From assembly GCA_028534125.1 (NCBI GenBank), contig CM052816.1, positions 53,818,001-53,882,000 on the forward strand: DNA of 64,000 nucleotides, given 5' to 3'. This DNA comes from Lama glama. Its lineage: Eukaryota. The translations under genes were made by a program, and so were the position numbers. Below are positions 26,721 to 41,159 of this stretch, in pieces (within the stretch, counting starts at the first letter, position 1; each line of letters starts with the position of its first letter). The notes beneath the pieces were generated by a model. That model was given only the letters and a program-made list of their open reading frames with translations. It did not search any database and was not told where the DNA came from.

Positions 26721-26921
26721 CAAGGTTCAGCAAACATTTTCTGTAAAGGGTCCAGATAACAAATACGTTAGGCATTGGAACTACTCAGCTCTTCCATTGT
26801 AGAACAAAATAGCAACCATCCACAAAATATCAATGAATGACAATGACTGTGTTTCAATAAAATTTTATAAAACAGGCAGCAGATCAGATTTGCATTGTGG
26901 GCTATGGTTTGCTGACCCCTT
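26721..26921 (+). mobile_element. MER58A hAT MITE
   Basis: TIRs caaggttcagcaaac / gtttgctgacccct and a degenerate 8-bp TSD (ccttagat / cccaagat). Confidence 0.85.
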
Positions 26922-28279
26922 CCCAAGATGATGTGTTTTGTTCAAACTTGTTCAGTATCTACCTTTTTTCTTAACTCAAATCCTCATTTTCGCAGCCCAA
27001 ATCTAGGCCATTCTATAATTAATTTACCTTTTATCTGTTTTTTTAACATTTAATAAAATTATTGTTATTTATAAAATGTGAAAGCAGAAAAGCCATTCAC
27101 AGTATTTAGCATCTTAGAAAATTAGTAGCCACAGATCATATATGTGTTTCTGGAATATAGGTAACTAATCTGATGCACAAAATGTTGAACTAAAATCTCA
27201 CTTTCTTGTCAGGATTAATTATATTACATATGGAAATTGTTAAATGATTTATGGAACCTACTGGTTTTATTGAACAAAATGTCACCTGTGTAGTTTAGAT
27301 ATTGAAGGAAGTTCACTAAATATGACTTGTATGAATTTAGAAAATAGGTGAAAAAAAATCAAACATTTTCAGTCAGCTTCTTTCTGTAGTTAAAAAAAAG
27401 CGTATGTTATTAACACAACGTGCCATTTATGACCTGTTTATCATGGAAGAAAACATTAACCTCTGTGCATTATCATAGATAAGCTTTGAGGATTGTCAGT
27501 GAGGACCTTCTTTAGATATTGACTTCATTAGAGAGTGCTCCTTGAACTTGGCTGAGTGTGGAAAGACTGAGTGGAGTTACCTGTTTTTCTTCCTTTGCAC
27601 ATCCCTTAGCATCATTTTAACTATTGTAATAAAGGTACAGACTTTTAAGGCAAAGTAGGAAAAACCAAATATTTGGACCACGTGTCTCGGGATTGGATTG
27701 ATAGAATCAATAAACCAAGACACGTTGATTGCTCTTAAATGACGTCAGGCATACCTTCTGGGAACCTTCTGTGATGTTTCGAGTGCTAATTCCTGGCTGC
27801 TTGCGGTCCAGACACCTGCTCTCTGCTTTTCTCATGGAGCTCCACACTTGCCTCTCTCTAGGTTTATCATTTTGTATATATGATATTTAACTCTGGGGCT
27901 TTTGTTAATGAGTCTTAAATTACCAATATTAAGTTTTTCACATCATCAGGTGTCAGAGGCATAGTGAACATGTTGATAGGTTAATATGTACTCTCACAAT
28001 TATAATAGAAAACCTAGTTGGACAGGGGGCACTTGTGAGGAAGAAATCTTGATTAGGCCTATTTAATTATAAATTGATGTTTTTTTCTTTTGAAGCTTGC
28101 GCATGGCAGGTCAAGCCACATGCAGGACTTTGAATGGAAAGATAGCCACCATATGATTTTAGAACAGACTGTGTTTCTCCACTTAATATGCTGCCTCTGA
28201 TTCCACTTACAATTGAATTTAACAAAGAGTCTAAAACTCAGTGGAAGGATAAACAGATGGTTAACCAGGAAAATTTTGG

Positions 28280-28860
28280 GGGGTCAGGGGGTGGTGGAGG
28301 AATGAGGGATGGGATGCTTTGTTTGTTTTACCAAACAATCAAATCATATTGCAGGGCTGTAAGAAATGAAACAATGTGGTATTGGTTTAACAGCTCAATC
28401 AAGATTCCAAAATATCTCCAGGTACATAAATAATTGGAATGTGTGCATTTACAAATCATTGAGGAAAATCTAATTATTAAATCAGACAATTTGATAAGTA
28501 TTCGGAGAAAAATAATTAAATATAGAGTCAATGTTCTTAAATCAGTTCCTCACGAATTAAAAAAATCAGAACCATGAAAGCTCTAGAAGAAAATGTAAAT
28601 GAATAGTTATCTGATCTCAAAGTAGGGAAGATGTTTTTAAATCATTAAAGCAAAGGAAGAAACCACCTTTAAAAAGGAAAGTTAAAGTGAAAGAAATACA
28701 ATGTAAAAAAAGTTAAAGGAGTCAGGACTGGAAATGAAGGTATAAGATGTTCGTTATCGGCAGATGATACTATCTTACAGTTTGAAAGCCCAAGATAATC
28801 AATGGACAAATTATAATTAATAAGAAAATTGGCAAAATGTCCAAATATAGTGTGCCTGGA
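28280..28860 (+). mobile_element. Degraded, rearranged L1M ORF2 fragments
   Basis: aaacaatgtggtattgg, aaagctctagaagaaaat and a remnant of the RT motif (tatcggcagatgatactatc, resembling FADDMI). Confidence 0.7.
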
Positions 28861-29187
28861 AAGAAAACAAAAAAGTTTATAACCTCTTTTAAAAAATGAA
28901 TATATTTATATAAGTGAGATTATTCTCTTATTAGATTATCAAAATATTTTGATATATGCCTGCCGAGTACAGAACTTTAATACCGTTTCAAAGACTTACT
29001 TTCATTTCTGTATGATTTCTGACTTTATATTTATGTGTATGATATGCTACTAATATCTGTGATTGTGGTTTATAAAATACTTTAGGGAAAACAGGAGTTA
29101 AATGTTATGAATTTTTACATATTTTTAAGAGAATTAATAACTATTCACTAATTCATTTTTTCTTTTTCTTGTTCCAATGTGCAATAG

Positions 29188-29419
29188 GTCAGTACTCCTG
29201 TCTTTGTACCAGTGAAAACTCACGTGCTGCTTCATCGGATGAGTGGAAAAGGACTAGCTGCTCATTATTTCTTTCCAAGACAGCCTTGCATTTTTGGTGA
29301 TAAGATGGTCTCCGTGCAAATAACATTGAACAATACCACTGATCAAAAGATAGAAAATATCCACATAGGGGAAAAAAAACTTCCAACGGGCATGCAAATG
29401 CATGTTTTTAATCCAATAG
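29188..29419 (+). CDS. AP3B1: AP3B1 coding exon (232 nt): VSTPVFVPVKTHVLLHRMSGKGLAAHYFFPRQPCIFGDKMVSVQITLNNTTDQKIENIHIGEKKLPTGMQMHVFNPI(E)
   Basis: Pyrimidine tract plus aatag acceptor, donor gtaaat at 29420. Overlaps ORF 29212..29430. Recognisable start of the AP-3 beta appendage. Confidence 0.97.
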
Positions 29420-31741
29420 GTAAATATTAATTCTCACTTAAAACTTTAACTATATTTGATAATTAAATGTGTTCGTTTTAAAAGTAAAGTAGCACCAAAG
29501 TAAATAAAGAAATAGAAGTAAAGTAGAATATCAGCTGTTAGCAAACTCAGTTTATATGAGTTTTTCCTTTCTAAACCGAATTTATCATACAAGGTAAATA
29601 TATTGCTTTGCCCTTAACAAATCAGGTGCAAGCAATGATAATACCAGTGCTGATGAAAGAATGGGTCTGGAGGATCAAAACTGCCTCCATGTTCTCCTCT
29701 CCGCATCACCTTCCCCCTGCCTCCCTTCCTGGTCAGCTTCGTGCCCTGCATGATTTTAGTCTGCCTTTTGACTACAGCACCTCCCATCTCTCTCCTTCCC
29801 TGTTCCCATCACATTCCGTAGACTGACAAGTGAAGGGAGTGGAGACTGAGAGGGTGTATACTATTCTGCTTGTCTCCCTTTCCGTACATCAAAGGCAGAA
29901 GAGCCCACAGAATGTTGCTGGTATTTTCACACATCATATTTTTTAATCTGTTGCCACCATTTAAAAATTATTATTATTTTTTGACATTAAAGGACAAATC
30001 CAGAAATCTCACTTCATGTATAAAGCACAAGATTACAGTGACCCAGGTGCTTTATTCCTACATGCAGCACAGCTTTCCAGGTGCTTTCCAGGCCACCTCA
30101 GTGCCCATCACATCACACTGGCTCACCAAGCTGTCATCCCCTTCCATGTTTTAAGTGTTTACCAAAAATACACCTTTAAAACATTAAGTGTAACAATTGT
30201 ATGGCTTACCTTGAGTTTAAAGTAGTGAAATAATTAGACCGTCTATCTCTGTTCTTTCTGTTTTGTGTAAGTGGTGGCAGTCCTAAGCTTCAGGCAAAAT
30301 GTCGATTAAAAGTGATATAAGGTTTCTGTCATTGAATCCTTGAAATGTTACAATCATAAAGCTCCAGGTGGTCCCTTTTTATAATAGTTTAGGTGAGCAA
30401 AGCCTTTTGACCAGGTAACTGTGCCTTCTTTGCTCATTATTTCCTACTATATAACTTCTGTTTTTCTTTATCTTTATCTGAGCTCTTTGACACTGTTGAA
30501 TTCTTTCCCAAGGTTTTCATGAGTCATTCAGTAAAGGAAGTCATTCTTTGCATTATATTTTCCACGAAGGAATAAAACAATTCCTAACAGATGAAATATG
30601 GTAGACTTTTATAAGCAACCAAAGTAGAGAGAAGTAAAGTAAATTGATTTCAGAAACCACTTAATACACTTTATAAAAATGATTTGGTAATTAAGATGCC
30701 ATTTAAAGAATACAGAGTGTCCTGATTTTTATTTAATTATTTTGTGAAGTTAATATATTGCTAAGGTATTAAAGAATATCCCAATTTGTGTTCTTTTTTA
30801 TTATTTGAAATCCAGCTTTTTTTTAACCTAGTTAAAAAATTAGTTTAGTTTAAAAAGTGTCAAGCAGCTGATATATGAATTGTCTGAAGGTTGAAAATGT
30901 TATCCAAAGGTTAAAACAGTAGAACAGTATTAACATTGCTTTGAGCTGGCATAATGAGTTGATGAGTTGACCTTTTGTTGGCCTGTGTAGAATAGAAGAA
31001 ATAAATATAATAAATTTCATAGTATGGCCTTAACACCAAAATAAAATATGAATATATACCATTGCCTCAGTACTTGTAATCGGCTTTCTTTTCTTTCCTT
31101 TCCTCTTCTTTTTTTTCCTCCTCATTTCTTTTCTTTTCTTCTCTTTGGCAGATGTTTTGACTGTAATGTTTCTTTCATCTTGTTGGCATTTATTGAATAC
31201 CCTCAATACACAGTTCTTTCCCTGCAGTATATGTTTGTATGTCATACCACCTAGTCTCTTTCATCAGCAGATAACAGTAGAGTTACAGAGTGTGATGAAC
31301 CTTAACTAGTCCTCCAAAAAGACCTAAGAATGCAACAAAGAACAAATACTGCATTTTAATGTTTTTGTGAAATAAGGGAAGTAAGATACTTGTTTTATTT
31401 AATAAGCACATATGTGCATGTTAAGGAGTCCAGCAGGTTTCTTATTTGTTACTAATTTGTTCTCTTTTTCTCTATAAGATGACTTTTACCTGGATTTTGC
31501 CCTGCCTTTAGCATGAAACTGGATTCCTTGCAAGAGTAGTAGGATTAAAGTGCCCTTTTCCCTAGAGACCCACATCAAAGTAAATGACATCCTGTGTGAT
31601 TTCATTTTTCATTATTAATGGTGTGATATAATAGAACCAGTGTTTCTCAGCCATTTCTTTATCACCCTCTCGTGTAAATAGCAGTAATCCAGAAGCAGTA
31701 TCCAAATACAGATACCCGACTGAATAAACTTTCCCGGTGTA

Positions 31742-31961
31742 GTACATAATGTCTTAGTACAAACGTAGTATGTTAGCACAGTGAGACACTCACACTGTAC
31801 GTGTAGGAAGTACATGGTAGGAAGGGAAACATTTTACTAACAGAAGTCCACAATTTTAAAAGTTAGGAACCACAAAGTTAACTTACATATACTATACAAT
31901 CTTTACTCATGTTTTCTTTTTAATTACAGATGAAATGATCAGCCTTCTCCTTTCCAACACT
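31742..31961. repeat. Inverted duplication, left arm (220 bp)
   Basis: Reverse complement of 41678-41887, with 6 substitutions and indels of 1, 1 and 8 nt by manual alignment. Confidence 0.95.
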
Positions 31962-33795
31962 TCAAAAATTATAAAAATCTGTTATATGAATAGTTTTGTG
32001 CTGATCACTTTGTTCTTGAAGCATCATATAATCAAACATGCCACTGATCACAAACTGTCCTCCAGAATTAGCATGACACCAAGCTCACAGTTACCTTAAG
32101 ACTGAGGACGTTACCAAACTGTCAAAGAGTGCTATCAACAAGGCATCTTGAGAACTGTCACTATGTCAAATGACATACAAGGACACACGATGTAGAGAGC
32201 TCTCAATCCTGAACACTGGCATGTTTTGGATATGACAGCATTTGCCACCAATGTGTGGCAAAACAAGACCAAACCGCAATATATCTACGGCACAGAAGAA
32301 AGCGTTATGGATTCGTTAAAGAATAGCCGTGAGCAATGAGACTGACAGAGCTGTGGACTGATAAGGTGTAGCTTTAGGAGAAATGCAAGAAAACTATCAT
32401 AGTTATTTATGATAAAGCATATTTGCCAGAGATTAGGTAGCAAGTCTTTGGTACTTACATACCACCCTGGTAAACATTAGGTTTATAAACAAATGAAATT
32501 CAAACTGGAATCAGCAAACCAACTAAATAACTAAGCAAGCAAACCAGTAACACTTTAAAATCAGCATCAGACAAGTACCTTCTTGTAATATCTAATCTTC
32601 ATTGAGCCTTTGAGACATAAAAATACTTCTTAATATCTTAAACTTATCGAATTATTCTTTCCTACCTGTACCATCATTTCTGTTATGGGTAGCATTAAAT
32701 GGCAAATCATACTTAACCAACAAGCCCTAGGATAGTCACAGTCTACTGGATTAGTGTGTGCTTGCTAAAATATAACCACATCATAATACATAGGCAGAAG
32801 AGATAAAGCTAAATATAAAGCTGCTATACAGTACGACTCCAGTTGTACCGAAGACTTTAAGCAAAGGGGAAACCAAAAGTGAATGGTTTTATTTTAAAAT
32901 AGAATACATATAGATAGATATTTATACTAAATAGGTATATGTTTGAGATCCCTCATTATTCTAATGTACAGCATTACACTTGGACTTTGGAACCATAAGC
33001 AGAATAAGATGGTGTTATTGTTTGTCTTGAGTTTTATCATTTCAACTGAAAAACACCGGTATTGTATGTTGAAACAGTTATTTCCCACACTCGATTAGTT
33101 GATACATGAAGCTTTAGAAATTACAAGTCTACAAAATGGCATTTTATTATTTGTTTTTTGCAAGATAATCTGCTACTAAATTTTCTTTGAGTAACTGAAT
33201 AATGCAATTAGACTTAACCATTTTGGTTCCTGTAATGCCAGTTGTCTTGGTTAATTCTGAGGACAACAAATTAATTTCTCCTACCAGCTTTGCTTTAATT
33301 TGCATGTTTTAAATTTTGAATTTTTTCCAGTGGAAATTTAGAACATCATTTAAAATTGATTTTTTATATCTAGACTAAATATTCCGTAGTTTCATGTACA
33401 TAATCTCTTAAAAGCACTCAGAGTCTATTAAAGTTATTCCAAACAGGAGTACATTTACTACCTTCTCCCTTTTAATGCCTGTAAGCACAATATTGTGGAA
33501 CATGAAATTTTTCAGGATGAGATATATTTCTGAAATAAATAGATACAATATGTTCATTGATGTATATGCAGAATTAAGTTGAATTAAATGAAAAAGAAAG
33601 TCTTCAAGTGTTCTTCAAGTCTTCTACCTTATAATTTGCTTTAATACTCTTAGTTTAAAATTGTTCTTACAACAATTTGACTATTAAATTTGACTATTTC
33701 AACCAAACTACAAACATTACATAAATTTTCAATGTTTGGTTTGCCTGTTTTTCACATCCTCCATGTTTTCATGTTTAAATTATCTTATTTCCTAG

Positions 33796-33880
33796 AATCT
33801 CTTGAGCCTGAGGGATCCATTACTGTTTCAATGGGTATTGACTTTTGTGATTCCACTCAGACTGCCAGTTTCCAGTTGTG
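33796..33880 (+). CDS. AP3B1: AP3B1 coding exon (85 nt): (E)SLEPEGSITVSMGIDFCDSTQTASFQL(C)
   Basis: tttcctag acceptor and gtaagt donor at 33881. Contains the conserved GIDFCDSTQ motif. Phases 1 and 2 agree with the neighbouring exons. Confidence 0.97.
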
Positions 33881-36249
33881 GTAAGTTCAATTGTTCATCT
33901 GTATTTCATATTACCTTTAAAGGATAGCAGATCAAAAACAAGGCTTTAAACAGCTTTTTCTTTGAGAGACAAAACAGTTAGACACAAATGTGCTTTTCTT
34001 GGGCAATGTTTAGACTGCTATGGAATAGTTGTACAAATTGTGTACAATATATGTATTTTTAGTATTTGTTACACAGCTAGCCATTACCGTCTGCCATATG
34101 TGGTTGAACTTCATAGTTTGTTGGTTAAAAAAAGAAGCTACTGCTAAATATTTTTTTTGCTTGTCTTAGTTCTGTGCTTTTGGAAAATTTATGAGAAAAT
34201 TCATGAGGAATCAAAAACTTTAGTAATAGTATTGGCTAGCCTAGAGAAGATATCTTCTGAAACATCTTATATGTTGTCCTGAGACTCTTAAATGGAGAAT
34301 TATTGATTCTGTCAGTACCAAAAACGCATACATTTTTCCCTTTTTATTTTTAGTTTACAAACTGCTTTCGATAAAATTCAAAAGAGAATATGTATTAGTT
34401 GACAGAGGTTTCATAGGTGAATAATATTCAAAAGAGGTTTTCTAGGATTGGGTTTTGTTGTTGTTACTGTTTTCATATGATATTTTATACATTTCTGATG
34501 AATCTAAGATATGATTTGTTAGTTTGATTTGCAGTTGCTTTGTTCTTATTTTAACAAGAATTGAGACATTTTATGTATCTAAATTTTAGCTAGCTTCTAA
34601 TAGAATTTGTTATGATAAAAATCTCCAAGTTTAGGAAATAGACATTTTAAAGTAAATTTATAGGTTAAATATAGTGAACCTTTCTTTTTCATATGCCTTT
34701 TCAGTTTACCAGTAATTCAGGCCTAATATTAAACCATTTATTGCTGAGAACCTGCAATGATGAATATAAGCAATGTAGCATAACACATTGATTTTATGCA
34801 GATCATCACCTTTATGTTTTGGGAGGTCTGCTATATTAGTGATATATAAAAACTGATTACTTTTCCCAACATTGCCTAGTAATTGTTTATTATTTTTCTA
34901 TTAGACAACACAGATCAATATTACTGAGCACAAGACTATGAGTAACATCACTCTAAATAGATTTGCCTCCAACACCAGAGGTACATTCATTTTAATGATT
35001 TCAACAATGTGAGCCCAATGACAAAGCTTATGCACTAAGTTACGGCAAAGTAAGAACTAAAAAAATTATTTTTTCTTTTCAGTTTATATCAAAAACCCTT
35101 TATATGTAATGAGGTAGGGTTTTATTTTTCTCACTACAAAGATTTTCTCTTTAGTCCTTTAGACAAGATATGCATCTTTTCTTTCACAATTAACTAAATC
35201 CCTTTAGGGGTAAATATTTAGGTAGTGTTTGACTTTTAGCACTTTATGGAAAGTGCATATGAATAATTTTTTCTCAATTTCTCTTAAACATTTTAGGAAA
35301 ATGATGAATTTATTTTAGATAGAATTTATTTAGATAAATTTAGAATTTATTTTAATATTTTAGCTATTACAAGTATTTGCATTAATATGTTTTTCTGTTG
35401 TGAAGGCATAAATTAGTAATTTATTTTAGATTTCTATTAAACACATAAGCACACTAGATCAAAAATTATTTTTGTGTGTGTTCCAAAAAGAACACTTTGT
35501 CTTGCATCAAATGTAATTGATCCTGAAGCAGTGTAATCACAATTACTCACTTTCTTAATTGGCCTGCCCAAAATCAGAAAATGGAAACCGATCGACACTG
35601 TTGAAATCAATAGCTTCATAGTAGTGCTCGTGGGGGTAGGGAGATAGTGGTAATGGGTAGATCAATTGGTCTTAGATGCCAATCACTGACTGTGCCTTTT
35701 GCATAGTAAGTAGCACTTTTTGCTTAGTGATGTGCTGTATTAGTCTTAGTAGTTCAATAAGAAGGGAAAAAAAGCAAGAATGGCTGATAATGAATTTTTT
35801 CCTCAAAATACATTAATACAAATCAATACATAAAATCATGGGTAATAAGAGCATGTTTGATAAGAAGCCTTCAGAAGTGCTGAGAACATGGACTGTGAGC
35901 CTTCCAGGTATACTTCTGTTTATTAAAAAAAAAGGGGACAAGAATAAAATGATCCTACTTTAGCTTCTAGATGAATTTTCTGTATCATTATAGTTATATG
36001 ATACATATATATAGATCGATAAAACTATTATATATAACTATATAGTTATATGGATACTTGATAAGTATTAATGTCTGGTTTTTTTGCTTTGCATTTTAAA
36101 TGGTCATCAAATTAAGTCCTTGATTAAATGTATTGAGATTGAAAATGTGTATCATATACATAAATGTTTCTCTCTAAAAGTAGATGCTGTACATAAATAG
36201 GTCTCACCCTTGCAATTAGCAGATACTAATGTATTAACTAGTATGAAAA

Positions 36250-39200
36250 ATAGTACATCTTGGCTCAGGTGGAAGGGCTAAGCACTAACATCCACCCCTC
36301 TTTTTGCCCCAAATCCATTAAAAAGACAGAAAATACATTCTTTAATAGAGAATGAGCACTAAAAGGGAAAGAGTGCCATTAGCTGACCAGAAATTGTGAA
36401 GAATTATTGGCAGTTAGAAAGCAAATGGGAGCAAATAAACAATAACAGAGAAAATAAAAACCACAGAGCAAAACACTCATGGGGGAAAACTACTACAGTG
36501 GTAAGAACAAATCTGGCAGAATATCAAACACTGAGCGAACAAGTACAAAGAAAAGTCAGGGTAAGACAGTCTCTGGGAATTAAAGGCCTTCTTCCAGCCC
36601 CACCTCCCCAGCCTTGCCCCTGGCCACAGGCAGCATACACATTTAGTCAGAGACCTAAGAATTTCCCTGTGAAGAAAGTGAACAAGCACTTGTCTGGTAA
36701 GGACTTTTGATGAGAATGTGGGGGCCTGAGGGAACAGCAGGGGTGAGTTTGAAGGAAGGAGGCCAGATGGTCAGAGATGAGATGAAATGCAGTTCTGTCC
36801 GAGAGAGTAATATTCTCAAGTGGTCTACTAGGTTTAAAGCCAGTCTTACATCTTTTGGTGGAAAGATAAGGCCATTGTCTGCCTGCCTCCCAGCTTCATG
36901 ACTGTGTAACCAGTCATGTCTCACCCACTTAAGAAAACTTCAGGTAGCCCATCAGGGGAGAGGAGAGCAATAGAAATAATACTCACTAACATGTATCAAG
37001 CAATTGCTGTGAGCCAGGCACTGTTCTAAACACTTGCATTGTGTGTGTTAGTTTACTTAATTCTCAAAACATTCCTATGAGGTGGGTACTATTATTATCC
37101 CATTTTAGAGGTGAGTAAACTAAGGCACAGGAAGAAAACTTGTCTAAAGTCTCATAGCTGATAGGGAGCAGAACTTGTTGTGTGTATCAGTTAAACCTAA
37201 TCCTTCATTATAAATAAAATGGACAGTTTAGGATGACCAGACTTTTGACAGAAAGCATCAGTTTGAAAGGGAAAGCTCAAAATGACTACAAAGACTCACT
37301 GATCATGAAGGGAGCAACAATTTGAGAAAGAGAAGAGATAGCTATAAATTACAACTAATATCTGATTCAAGAGAATACTACATCTGTAAAGCAATAATAT
37401 ATTGCTTACTTCGAGATGGAATAATCAGACAGTTTTAAATGTATTCTTGGAGGTCTAAAAACCTAATGCCAAAAAAAGTTCAGTAGATGGACGATAGGTT
37501 GGACAGAGCTGAATACTGACTTAGTGTTCCATAAGAGGGAGTTGCTGAAATTGACTAGAATAGAGGGCAAAAAGGCAGAGATGGACAATATGAAAGAAAA
37601 GTTAAAAAAATCAATTTATCTAATGGGAGATCTAGAAGGAAAGAAAAGAGAGAACGAAGAGAAGAAATAATTAAAGAAATAAATTATAGGAAAAAATTTT
37701 CCCAAGCAAAGGAAATGTGTAAGCCTTCAGATCGAATGGACCCATCAGAGGCCAAACAGGATGAATATGAATGACCATCAAAAAGACCACATCCGAATAG
37801 AATTTTTGGTAAGGAAAATAACCACTCCAGTATCTTCCAAAGTAGAGAAAAACAGCAGCTTACCTAAAAATGAGCAAGAATGTGAATGGAATCAGATTTC
37901 TCATCAATACTGTCACCAGTTCTGGTGGCCAGAAGGCAACGAACATGACCTTTAAAATTTTGAGGAAGCCAAATAGACATTTTTCACACAAGCAGAGATT
38001 CCATCAATTTACCACCCACAGACCCTTTCTGAAAAGGATTACTCGAAGATACACTATAGTTTTAAAAATAAAGTTTAATCTGAGATGGAGAAAAACAGAA
38101 CAAAAAATTAAACAAAGAATTCTACCTGTAAAGTCCATCGGTGTGTAAAAACACTTGTTCACACCTAATGTAAAAAATAAATTTTAATAACTTGGAATCA
38201 AAATCTTAACATGGACATGTGTGAGGAGGAATGATGGTGTTCTTGTCATGTTTGACAAGAGAATTGACTGATGGCAAAAAGAAGTTTAAATACGGTTTAA
38301 AATGTTAAAGCTAACCTCTGAATTAGAAAGTATGATATATTATGACCTCCAAATGACTAGAGGGAAGAAGCAAAGGAACGCTTGAAACTTGACCAGTTTA
38401 ACAAAGCAGGAGAAGAAAAAAGCATGGTAAATAGAAAACAAAATAAGATGACTGGAAGGTGGCCACAATTACTAGTTATCAGAATTCATGTTAGTAAGGT
38501 AAATTCCACTTACACTGAACATGTGAAAACACAATTCAACATATACTGTTTATAAGAACCCCACCTAAAAGAGAATGGCACAGAAAAATTAAGAATAAAA
38601 AATTAAATATACATGTGTGTGTATTATCAGACATACAAGTTACCCGTCATCACGTGAATATCAGAAGCATTCTCCTTTAAGTGAGAAAAGGAAAACCAAG
38701 TTACCCTATTTGAACACTATTTCACATTTTTATTTGTTTGCTTTAGAACTTACTTATTCAAATCTGTGTTACAATCATGATCTTAAAGTCTTCCATCACA
38801 GAAATGTTTCTTTCTTCTAGCAGTTCTAACAGATTCACTTTATATTTTTGTTGTTACCATTTCACATTTTAATGGAAGTTCTAACCAATTCAGAAAGACA
38901 AGTAAAAATAGAGGTATTAATTTTAGAAAGAAGGATGCAAAATTATCATATTTATTCAATGTGTAATTATCAATCCACAGAGTCTTGGAATCAACAGAAA
39001 ATCTTTTATTCAAACTGATGAGTTTAGGAAGGTGGTACAAATCCTTATATAAAAATCATTAACATTTCTATATAAAATATTATGAATGAAATTCTATTTA
39101 CAAGAACAACAAAAAGAATAAATTGACAAGAAATATATGATACCTATATGAAAACTTTTTAGAAACCTGAGACTTTCCTGAGGGCCATAAAAAGAAGATA

Positions 39201-40322
39201 TAAATAAAATAATAAGTATACTCTGTTCCCAAATGGGAGATAGTACTGTCCCTCAAATTAATCTTGAAGTTCAGTGCGATTCTAGGCTAAATTCCAGTAG
39301 ACTTTTTCAAAGAGGTTGACAGATTTCTAAAGTTCACCTGGAAAAGAGGATGAAAAAAGCCTATTTTAGTAATAACTTCAAAATATTCTTTAAAGTCACA
39401 GGAGTATTTTTACTCAGTGTAATTGGCTATTGGCACAGGAATCAGTGAAACAAAACAATTTAGAAATTCAGAAATTTTGTTTATCATAAAGGTGACATTT
39501 CAAATCAGTGGGAAAGAATGGACCATTCAGTAAATGGTGTGAGGAACATACCCTCCTCACATAGATTATTCCAGAATAAAGTCTAAATGGATTTATGATT
39601 TAATCATAAAATATGAATGTGTTTAGAAATAATATAGACATATTTTCATACTCTCTGGGGGCAACAGTAAAGCAAGACACAGTATCCAGAAAGATACAGA
39701 GAAAAATGGACAGGTTTGGCTATTAAAAATTTTGCACTTCCCTACAAAGAAGGAAAAATAGATACCATAACAGGTAAGAGATGGTGAGATAATATTACAG
39801 CATATTTAGCAGACAAAAGTTTAGTACCAGAATATATAAAGAACTCTCACAATCAATAAAAAGGACTCTAATATAAAAGTGGAGGAAGGTTAAGAATAAT
39901 AGTTCATTTACAAGAAAAGAAAATGTAAATGGCCAGTAGCCATAATATATCCAACACCAATAGTAAACAGGGAAATAATCATTTCATCCATCAGATTTGC
40001 AAAATTCTTAGATAATTTTCATATCTGACAAGGAAGATACAGAAAAACATGTATTCTTTCTTGTATATTGTTTGTGGGACTTCAAGTTAGCACCCCCTTT
40101 TTTTAGGGTAGTTTGGCAAGATCTGTCAAAATGCTAAGTATTCATACTCTTCAACTTAGCTGTTTCATTTTTAGGGTTTCAAGCTTGAGGAAGTACTGGG
40201 GCTTGTGCTGAAGAAATAGATCTATCCAAGGGTATTAATTAGGCATTGTTTGTAATAGGAAACATTTGCAAATTCAAATTGATGGGGAATTGCTTAAGTT
40301 AATTATGATACATCCCTATTAT
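36250..40322 (+). mobile_element. Large ancient, heavily degraded L1M element (5' region, ORF1, ORF2 and 3' remnants in colinear order)
   Basis: A-rich strand. ORF1-like region at 37.3-38.1 kb, endonuclease remnant caacatatactgtttataagaaccccacctaaaa near 38540, RT/C-terminal remnants at 38.9-40.0 kb, and L1ME-like 3' sequence ggcattgtttgtaatagg. Confidence 0.75.
36975..37175 (-). mobile_element. MIR nested in the L1 region
   Basis: gccaggcactgttctaaacactt...cctatgaggtgggtactattattatcccattttagaggtgagtaaactaaggcacag. Confidence 0.85.
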
Positions 40323-40324
40323 GT

Positions 40325-40520
40325 ATGTAGGTTTTGAGTATCTACTATGCATTAAGCACTATACTAAGTTATGTTGTTTCATTTACTCATTAAAACTAGC
40401 TAGCAAGGTAAGTGCCATTTTTCTCACTTCATAAGGAAACTTGAGTCACACAATGGTTAGACTACCTGTCCATTTCTCTTACCTAGAAAATGGATCGAGT
40501 TGGATTCTAGGAGTCTGTGA
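40325..40520 (-). mobile_element. MIR SINE
   Basis: tttgagtatctactatgcattaagcactatactaag...aaggaaacttgagtcacacaatggttag. Confidence 0.65.
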
Positions 40521-40679
40521 AATGAGATTATATGTAGTAAAAGTATATGCATTACAGTTACATGTAGAACAAATAGAATCTTTTCCTATGTTAAACTATC
40601 ATGTCATCTGATCCCATGTAATTAGGTGGTTTAAAGCTGCCTAGTAATAGTACTTTGTTGATCTGGTAAAAGATCAGCA

Positions 40680-41095
40680 GTTAAGAGCAGCTGGAGTAGC
40701 TCCAGAGTGTCTTCCTATATAATGCCTGCCCACCTTTTTGTTTCATGTGCTGCCCTCATTAGCATGTGCCAGTCATCCTCAGGGTCACAAGATGGCTGCC
40801 CTACTTCCAGGATTCTATCTGCATTCCAGGCAAAAAAAAATTAAGAAAAAAAGGAGTGATGTGGAAGGAGAAGCCATGTCTATGTCAGAAAAGCAAAACT
40901 TCCCCCAGAAGTCCCCAGCACACTTCTGTTCAGGCTTCATTGGTAATAACTGGATCACTTGATCACTCCTAGCTTCAGGGGGTTGAGAGATACAGTGTGC
41001 ATTTGGGTGCACTGTCTACCCGAACAAAATTAGGGTGATGTCAGGAAAGAAGGAAAAAAATAGATATTGAGTAAGCAACAACAGGGTCTGCCACA
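40680..41095 (-). mobile_element. MLT1J-like LTR
   Basis: gtcacaagatggctgcc...cccagaagtccccagcacacttc...gggtctgccaca terminus. Confidence 0.75.
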
Positions 41096-41159
41096 GTAGT
41101 GTTCCAGTTTTATTACATTTGTCTCATAAGACCCATTTTAGATGAACTTATATCCTTAG

